A stretch of 64,000 nucleotides of DNA from positions 32,001 to 96,000 of the forward strand of contig CAVYJM010000017.1 of assembly GCA_963768855.1 (NCBI GenBank). The letters run 5' to 3'. Positions 57,597 to 64,000 of this stretch are shown here, in pieces. Numbering within the stretch: the stretch's first letter is position 1; every line of letters begins with the position of its first letter. The DNA comes from an uncultured Thermoplasmata archaeon. GTDB lineage: Archaea > Thermoplasmatota > Thermoplasmata > RBG-16-68-12. The position numbers and the translations under genes were made by a program. The notes under the pieces are model-generated. The model did not search any database. It was not told the origin of the DNA and was given only the letters and a program-made list of their open reading frames with translations.

Positions 57597-59591
57597 ATGC
57601 CTGCGACCTCGATAGCGGAAGAGCTGGCGAAGAAGCAGCGCGAGATCAGCGTCTCCGAGTTCTTCGAGCGCAACAAGCAGATCCTCGGCTACGACTCCCC
57701 GACGAAGGCGCTCCTCACCGTGGTCAAGGAAGGGGTCGAGAACTCCCTCGACGCGTGCGAGGAGGCCGAGGTCCTGCCAGACCTGCTCGTCGAGGTCAAG
57801 AAGGTGGACAAGGACGAGTTCCTGGTCGCCATCGAGGACAACGGGCCGGGGATCGTGAAGAAGGAGGTGCCGAACGTCTTCGGCCGCCTCCTCTACGGAT
57901 CCCGCTTCCATTCCCGACGGCAGTCCCGCGGGCAACAAGGCCTGGGCATCTCCGGCGCCGTGATGTACGGTCAGCTCACGACCGGCAAGGCGACGAAGAT
58001 CACATCCAAGATCGAGGAGGAGGACACGGCGTACTACCTCGAGCTCATCCTCGACACAAAGAAGAACATGCCCTCGAGGGTCCGCGAGGACCGCGTCGTC
58101 TGGGAGCGGGCCCACGGGACACGGGTCGAGATCCCGCTGAAGGGCCGCTACATCGGCGGGAAGCAGTCCATCCCGGAGTACCTCAAAGCCACCGCGATCG
58201 TGAACCCGCACGCGCGGATCACGTACTCCCCGCCGGACGGCCAGCCGCTCGTCCTCGAGCGGGCGTCGGAGGAACTGCCGCCGAAGACGAAGGAGATCCC
58301 GCCTCATCCGCACGGCATCGAGCTCGGCACGCTCATGCAGATGATGAAGGAGACGAAGAGCTACAAGCTCTCGTCCTTCCTCGAGGAGGAGTTCGTGCGC
58401 GTGAGCGCGCGCGTGGCGAAGGAGATTTGCGACGCCGCGGGCCTCGATCCCGAGGCGAAGCCGAAATCCCTCGGGCTCGAGCAGGCCAAGGCCCTCCACG
58501 ACGCGATGCAGAGCGCGAAGCTGATGGCGCCGCCCACGGACTGCCTCAGCCCGATCGGGGAGCGGCTTATCAAAAAGGGGCTCAAGAACGTCCTCGGCAA
58601 CCTGCGGCCCGAGTTCTATGCGCCGCCCGTCACCCGCGACCCTTCCGTTTACACGGGCAACCCGTTCCAGGCGGAGGTCGGCATCGTGTTCGGAGGCGAC
58701 CTGCCCCCCGACCAGCCGGTCGAGGTCCTGCGGTTCGCGAACCGTGTGCCCCTCATCTACCAAGCCGGCGGGTGCGCGCTCACCCAGGCCGTAGGGCACG
58801 TCGACTGGCGGCGGTACGGGCTGGAACAACGCGGGGGCGAGGGGTTGCCGTTCGGTCCCGCAATCGTCCTCGTCCACGTCTGCTCGACGAAGGTCCCCTA
58901 CACCTCCGAAGCGAAGGAGGCCGTGGCGACGGTCGACGAGATCATGGAGGAGCTCGACCTCGCCCTCAAGGAGTGCGGTCGGCGGCTCAAGACGCACCTG
59001 ACCAAGAAGGCCCACCGCGCGAAGACGCGCGAGAAGTTCGAGATCGTCCAGCTCATCCTCCCGCGCATCGCGGAGAAGTCGGCCAAGGTCGTGAACAAGA
59101 AGGTGCCCGTCCTGGATGCCACGATCACGAAGATCATGGGCGTCGTCTGGATCGACGAGACGATCGCGTACGACAAGAAACAGAAGCGGCACACGGTCAC
59201 GATCAACGTCCACAACTTCACGGACGCAGGGAAGAAGCTCAACCTGCACGTGCTCCTGCCCCGCGGCCTCGCCGCGAAGGGCTTCGAGCCGAAGCCCGAC
59301 GAGGTCCGCGAGGACGGGAAGATCACCTGGGAGCTCAAGCGGATCGATTCCGTGGCCAAAGTGTCCGTGACCTTCCTCCTGGAAGGGCTCGACGAGGCGG
59401 AGTACGATGAGTCGGACCTGTACGTGAGCGGGATCAACCCGACCCTGGTCATCGGGGCGGAGCCTCTGCCAGGAGACTGGGAGCTGAACTACACGGAATT
59501 CGAGTCCGAGGAGGCCCCGCCTCCCGCGGAAGCGGAGGACGAGGGCGAGATCGACTACGACGAGACGGAGGAGGCGCTCGACGATGAGTAA
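57597..59591 (+). CDS. top6B: DNA topoisomerase VI subunit B
   Basis: [13 protein letters not shown] motifs [20 protein letters not shown]; RFANRVPL. Confidence 0.97.
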   Translation: MPATSIAEELAKKQREISVSEFFERNKQILGYDSPTKALLTVVKEGVENSLDACEEAEVLPDLLVEVKKVDKDEFLVAIEDNGPGIVKKEVPNVFGRLLYGSRFHSRRQSRGQQGLGISGAVMYGQLTTGKATKITSKIEEEDTAYYLELILDTKKNMPSRVREDRVVWERAHGTRVEIPLKGRYIGGKQSIPEYLKATAIVNPHARITYSPPDGQPLVLERASEELPPKTKEIPPHPHGIELGTLMQMMKETKSYKLSSFLEEEFVRVSARVAKEICDAAGLDPEAKPKSLGLEQAKALHDAMQSAKLMAPPTDCLSPIGERLIKKGLKNVLGNLRPEFYAPPVTRDPSVYTGNPFQAEVGIVFGGDLPPDQPVEVLRFANRVPLIYQAGGCALTQAVGHVDWRRYGLEQRGGEGLPFGPAIVLVHVCSTKVPYTSEAKEAVATVDEIMEELDLALKECGRRLKTHLTKKAHRAKTREKFEIVQLILPRIAEKSAKVVNKKVPVLDATITKIMGVVWIDETIAYDKKQKRHTVTINVHNFTDAGKKLNLHVLLPRGLAAKGFEPKPDEVREDGKITWELKRIDSVAKVSVTFLLEGLDEAEYDESDLYVSGINPTLVIGAEPLPGDWELNYTEFESEEAPPPAEAEDEGEIDYDETEEALDDE

Positions 59592-60702
59592 GAAGGCGAA
59601 GGGCGCCGGGGCGCTGGCGTCGAACAAGGCCGTGGACGCGCTCTACGGGATCGCCGAGGAGATCTACGACGAGCTCGACCACGGCCAGGTCCCCAAGATG
59701 AAGATCCCCCTCCGCACGAAGGCGAACATCCGGTTCGACCCCAAGCACGCGGTCTGGAAGTACGGGAGCCTGATGGGGGTGCGGAGCGCGAAGAAGCTGA
59801 AGGGCGCGCTCATGCTCCTGCGGACGATGTACGTCCTCGAGTTCATCCAGGACATGATCAACACCTCGAAGTCTTCCACCCTGCGAGAGATGTACTACAT
59901 CTCCGAGGGCTGGGACGTGGCCAAGTTCCACTCCCAGGACGAGTCGAACCTCCTCGCGGAGGACCTCGAGGTCATCACGCAGCTCCTGCGGGAGGACTTC
60001 AAGCTCCGGCCCGAGGAGAGCGGCGCGAGCGTCATCGGCAACCTCACCCTCGAGGAGATCACGCGGAACGGCGAACGCAAGCGGATCAACTGCCGCGACG
60101 ACGTCGGCGACGCGGGCTACACGATCCCCTACAACATCGAGAAGGAGAAGGTCAAGTTCATCGACGCGGATGCGAAGTTCGTCCTGGCCATCGAGACGGG
60201 CGGCATGTTCGACCGACTCGTGGAGAACGGGTTCGACGAGGACGGCAAGTGCATCCTCGTGCATCTCAAGGGGCAGCCTTCGAGGAGCACACGGCGTCTG
60301 CTCAAGCGGCTCAACGAGGAGCTGAAGCTCCCGGTCGCGACGTTCACCGATGGCGACCCCTGGTCCTTCCGCATCCACGCCTCCGTGGCCTACGGCGCGA
60401 TCAAGACCGCGCACATCTCCGAGTACCTCGCCACGCCCACCGCCGAGTTCGTCGGGATCACGGCCAGCGACATCTTGAACTACGAGCTGCCGACCGACGT
60501 CCTCACGCCACGCGACGTCGGCGCGCTGAATGCGGAGCTCTCTGACCCCCGCTTCAACGACGAGTTCTGGCGGAACGAAATCCAGACAATGCTCCAGGTG
60601 AACAAGAAGGCGGAGCAGCAGGCGCTCGCGAAGTACGGCCTCGACTACGTCACGGACACGTACCTGCCGGAGAAGCTCGGACCCCTCGGTCTGATGCGCT
60701 GA
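59584..60702 (+). CDS. top6A: DNA topoisomerase VI subunit A
   Basis: TLREMYY catalytic Tyr, TOPRIM IETGG, DGDPW, KAEQQAL. Confidence 0.97.
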   Translation: MSKKAKGAGALASNKAVDALYGIAEEIYDELDHGQVPKMKIPLRTKANIRFDPKHAVWKYGSLMGVRSAKKLKGALMLLRTMYVLEFIQDMINTSKSSTLREMYYISEGWDVAKFHSQDESNLLAEDLEVITQLLREDFKLRPEESGASVIGNLTLEEITRNGERKRINCRDDVGDAGYTIPYNIEKEKVKFIDADAKFVLAIETGGMFDRLVENGFDEDGKCILVHLKGQPSRSTRRLLKRLNEELKLPVATFTDGDPWSFRIHASVAYGAIKTAHISEYLATPTAEFVGITASDILNYELPTDVLTPRDVGALNAELSDPRFNDEFWRNEIQTMLQVNKKAEQQALAKYGLDYVTDTYLPEKLGPLGLMR

Positions 60703-62817
60703 TCAGGGACTCTCGGGGGGAGCGCTCAGTACGCTCCCCAGGGTCCCGTCGACCCAGAGGGATCGCGTCTTGCCGCTCCCGTTGGACTGCATCTCGAACT
60801 TCCAGACCGGCAGAAGGCAGAGCTCCGGTTGCTCCGTCAAGACCTTCGCTCCGAGGGAGCGGTGGACGATCTCCTTGGCTTGGGAGGGACCGACCCGGGC
60901 CACAGGGACATGGTCGCCAATCTTCTGGGAGGGGCCGGGCTCCAGTTGGGCTTTCGTGGCGAGGGGTTCGAGTCGGGAGACGTCCTTGCGGGGGAACTCC
61001 TCGAAGCTCAGGCTCCCGTCGACCACGTGGGCGATTCCTCCCGAGGCGGCGTTCACGTAGAACTGGCGGGCGACCTTCCCTCCTTTTCGGCCCAACGGGA
61101 TTTCCGCCTCGACGCGCCACAGGGGGACGAAGTAGAACTCCTTCCCTGTGATTCGCTCCTTCGGGATGACGAGCATCCGTCGCTCAATGGAATCGTTGGC
61201 GCGCTTCGTTGCCTCGACGAGCGGGAACCGGAGAGGCAACCAGGCGATCTTGGCCGGAATGCCGCGGCGCACATCGAACCCAATCGTCGGGTCCCAGTAC
61301 ACGTCGCGGCCCTCGACGTGCTCGGGCCGCAGGAGGCGCGCCTCGGCTAGCTTCCGCAGGAGGATCGACAGAAAGCGTTCGTCCGCCGGGTTCATCCCTC
61401 CGACCTCCTCGAGGCCGTACAGTCCCGGATGATCCTCGAACAGATGCAGGACCCTCAATCCGATACCCTCCTCGACCTCGACCTTGGCGGTCGATTTCGC
61501 GGCCTTCGTCGCCGCGGCCGCTAGCTTCTGACGCTTCGTGGCCTTGTCGTCCGGGGCGGGCTTAGGAGTCGCGAGCTCGTGGGTCGACTGGATCTCGTGG
61601 AATTTTTCCTCCGGAACCACGACGTGTTGCGTCGCGAGACCGCGGACCTCGAGCTTTTCCACGCGGCCGAGGTGCTCCGGGGACAGGAGGAGGAACTGGC
61701 CCGCCTTCAGGGACGGGGCGAGGGAGAGGACCTCGTCAGGGTCGCTTGGATGAAGCGAGCCGACCAGATGGCGAACCCGATCCAGGTCCTGCTTCGCGAG
61801 GAGGCGGCCGAGGGCCCACGTGTTCGCCTGCCCCAGCGCCTTGTAGTCGAGGTCCGTTACGTTCTGGGTCGCGACGATGAGCCCGACGCCGTACTTGCGC
61901 GCCTGGCGGAAGAGCAGGGAGAGGAACTTCTTCGCGGGAGGGTTCTTCGGATGGGGCGGGCACAGCCCGGCCACCTCGTCGATGTAGAAGACCAGCCGCA
62001 GATGGCCGTTCGTCTCCGAGACCATCCAGTGGTAGACGTCCTCGCACAGGGTCGCGACCACCATCTCCCGCTCGGAGGGGCTCCTGAGGCCGCCCGTGTA
62101 GACGATGTTCACCGGCGTGCGGCCCTTCGGCGCCCAGGAGACCATCTCCTTGGCGTCGAGAGGGGGTCCTGCCGTGAACAGCAGGCCCTTCGCCCCGACC
62201 GTCATCGCCTTGGCCCGCCGCACGAGGGCGCTCCGTTCCTTGCGAGAGAGCAGGCCGCCGTCCGATGTCGACTCCCGTTCGAGAATCCGGGGAAGGTCCG
62301 AGACCTCCTTGGGCCACTTCCCCGCCTTCCACGCGTCTTGCAGGGCGAGGTAGATCGAGTCCTTCGCCCGAGACCCGCTGTCTGACGTGAGCGTGTAGCC
62401 CATCGCCGAGGCGAGCCCCTCCGCGATCGCGTCCAGATACAGCACCGCATCTTCGGCAGCCTCGGTGGCGGGGGCGTCCTTCAGGGGGTTCAGGCTCCGT
62501 GCCACGCCATGGCGTGACCCGGGCGTGAGGATCTGGATGGCGGCGCGGGACCAGTATTCGTCCCGCGCGTCCTCGGGCGTCCCGTGGGCCTCGGACGACT
62601 CCTGACTCGCGGCGATGGCGAGGGACGCGAGGTCCCCCTGGCTGTCCACCGCGATGACGGGGATGCCGGCGCGGACGGCCTCCTCGAGGATCGCTTTTCC
62701 GAGGACGGTCTTCCCCGACCCTGTGGCGCCCAGGATCACGACGTGGCGGAGGAGGTCCTCTTCGGGCAGCCGAATCGGCTCGCCGGTGTCCGGATTCCTC
62801 CCTAGATGAAGCGGCAT
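60703..62817 (-). CDS. HerA/FtsK-superfamily ATPase (DUF87/DUF853-like) with C-terminal extension
   Basis: Walker A GATGSGKT, VDSQGD, Walker B IDEVAGL, RQARKYG, ATQN. Confidence 0.9.
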   Translation of the reverse strand: MPLHLGRNPDTGEPIRLPEEDLLRHVVILGATGSGKTVLGKAILEEAVRAGIPVIAVDSQGDLASLAIAASQESSEAHGTPEDARDEYWSRAAIQILTPGSRHGVARSLNPLKDAPATEAAEDAVLYLDAIAEGLASAMGYTLTSDSGSRAKDSIYLALQDAWKAGKWPKEVSDLPRILERESTSDGGLLSRKERSALVRRAKAMTVGAKGLLFTAGPPLDAKEMVSWAPKGRTPVNIVYTGGLRSPSEREMVVATLCEDVYHWMVSETNGHLRLVFYIDEVAGLCPPHPKNPPAKKFLSLLFRQARKYGVGLIVATQNVTDLDYKALGQANTWALGRLLAKQDLDRVRHLVGSLHPSDPDEVLSLAPSLKAGQFLLLSPEHLGRVEKLEVRGLATQHVVVPEEKFHEIQSTHELATPKPAPDDKATKRQKLAAAATKAAKSTAKVEVEEGIGLRVLHLFEDHPGLYGLEEVGGMNPADERFLSILLRKLAEARLLRPEHVEGRDVYWDPTIGFDVRRGIPAKIAWLPLRFPLVEATKRANDSIERRMLVIPKERITGKEFYFVPLWRVEAEIPLGRKGGKVARQFYVNAASGGIAHVVDGSLSFEEFPRKDVSRLEPLATKAQLEPGPSQKIGDHVPVARVGPSQAKEIVHRSLGAKVLTEQPELCLLPVWKFEMQSNGSGKTRSLWVDGTLGSVLSAPPESP

Positions 62818-62990
62818 AGGGGCCTTCCAACCCGTCGCGAACCAGAGCTAGTCCCCGGGCTCGCATATATCTTTGTCGGGGCTCCCCGGGGCTTCCGTAC
62901 GCCGACCTATTGTAATTATACTACGGGCCGAGGATTCTTACGAACCGCGCCGCCCAAGGGGACCGAAGCGTTTCGAAGGACTGTGTGTGC

Positions 62991-63902
62991 ATGTTCTATG
63001 AGGTTCGGTTCCATGGCCGCGGAGGCCAGGGGGCCGTCATGGCGGCGCAGGCCCTCGCGGTGGCGGCGTCCCACGATGGGTTTTCGGCGATCGCGTTCCC
63101 GTTCTTCGGCGCGGAGCGGCGCGGGGCACCCGTGCTCGCCTTCGCCCGGTTCGGGGAGGAGCGGCTGCGCGTCCGCACCCAGGTGTACGAACCGCACTAC
63201 GTCGTCGTCCTCGACGAGAGCCTGATCGACACGGTCGACGTGCTCGCGGGACTGCGGCCCGGCGGCATGGTCATCGTGAACACGACCCGGTCCCCGGATC
63301 GCCTCGTGCTCTCCAAGAAGGCCAAGTCCGCGACGGTCGACGCCACGTCCATCGCGCTCGAGTACACGAAGCAGGCCGCGGTGAACACGGCCATGCTCGG
63401 CGCCTTCGCGAAGGCCACCGGGCTCATCACGATCGAGGGGGTCGAGGCCGGGATCATGGAGGTCTTCGGCCGCCGCCTGTCCAAGGAGATCGCGGATCGC
63501 AACGTGGCCGCGGCACGCGCCGCGTACGACGCCACCCGGCTGGGGGAAGCGGACAGCGGCCGAGTCTATCCCAAGGTCTCGAAGTGGCTGCCCACCGCCC
63601 AGGAGCTGCCTCCCGGACTCGCGACGCCCGCGATGGAAACCCCCTTCGGGCGCGTCGGCGTGGGCAGCTCGCCCTCGAACCGCACGGGCGGATGGCGCGT
63701 GAGCAAGCCCATCCTGGACGGCTCGAAGTGCACGAACTGCCTCCTGTGCTGGTTCTACTGCCCGGACGGCTCGATCGCCCGGGGCGACAAGATCGTCGAG
63801 ATCCACTACGATTACTGCAAGGGCTGCGGCGTCTGCGCCGCGGTCTGCGCCCCGAAGGCGATTCACATGGAACGCGAACTCGAAGAAGAGGTGAAGGCAT
63901 GA
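62991..63902 (+). CDS. 2-oxoacid:ferredoxin oxidoreductase gamma-delta fusion
   Basis: RFHGRGGQG, FGAERRGAPV; C-terminal 2x[4Fe-4S] CTNCLLCWFYCP, CKGCGVCAAVCA. Confidence 0.94.
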   Translation: MFYEVRFHGRGGQGAVMAAQALAVAASHDGFSAIAFPFFGAERRGAPVLAFARFGEERLRVRTQVYEPHYVVVLDESLIDTVDVLAGLRPGGMVIVNTTRSPDRLVLSKKAKSATVDATSIALEYTKQAAVNTAMLGAFAKATGLITIEGVEAGIMEVFGRRLSKEIADRNVAAARAAYDATRLGEADSGRVYPKVSKWLPTAQELPPGLATPAMETPFGRVGVGSSPSNRTGGWRVSKPILDGSKCTNCLLCWFYCPDGSIARGDKIVEIHYDYCKGCGVCAAVCAPKAIHMERELEEEVKA

Positions 63903-64000
63903 TCGCGCCGAAGCTGGCGACGACGGGCGAGCGGCGCATGGTCACCGGAGACTATGCCGCGGCGTGGGGCGCCATGGTGTCCCGGCCGCAGGTCGTGGCC
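63899..64000 (+). CDS. 2-oxoacid:ferredoxin oxidoreductase alpha subunit, 5' fragment
   Basis: MIAPKLATTGERRMVTGDYAAAWGAMVSRPQVVA; ATGA overlap with gamma-delta gene. Confidence 0.8.
   Translation, partial: MIAPKLATTGERRMVTGDYAAAWGAMVSRPQVVA

Noticed and set aside
59100-59591. Top6B C-terminal extension with acidic tail
   Set aside because: Ig-like C-terminal domains on Top6B are known in Euryarchaeota.
1-64000. CRISPR arrays, rRNA/tRNA genes, IS transposases, integrases, inteins
   Set aside because: I saw no spaced direct-repeat arrays, RNA gene signatures, DDE/Tyr-recombinase catalytic ORFs or intein motifs by eye; a tRNAscan/Infernal run would be needed to exclude small RNAs.

Overview
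A ~64 kb, high-GC (roughly 65-70% by eye), gene-dense archaeal chromosomal segment. Gene content (CoaD-YjjX fusion, DUF835, alpha'2 tRNA endonuclease, PolD DP1, Topo VI, TFB/Gar1) points to Thermoplasmatota (inference). Most of the window is housekeeping: adk, truA, trmJ, gap, hom, tfb, endA, polD1, sec11, cdc6, nadE, valS, DRG GTPase, carbamate kinase, top6AB and porG/D-porA. The accessory content is: (i) a 7-gene peptide ABC operon with a ~1610-aa Ig-repeat-extended binding protein and large insertions in DppB, DppC and DppD; (ii) a ~1360-aa pilin-signal/FG-GAP surface protein broken by two +1 frameshifts, which shares a beta-sandwich domain with a nearby CPBP protease; (iii) a small signalling cluster (wHTH-NTPase, GAF-PAS, DUF835); (iv) a non-canonical HerA/FtsK ATPase. 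The most striking signal is a 22-bp palindrome (CRTACCTCT-N4-AGAGGTAYG) present three times. Two copies directly flank an 82-aa ORF resembling an integrase N-terminal/arm-type DNA-binding domain, like a minimal gene cassette. The third lies 26 kb away in inverted orientation. I found no tRNA, rRNA, CRISPR array or transposase. Start codons were adjusted by eye where the ORF track over-extends.
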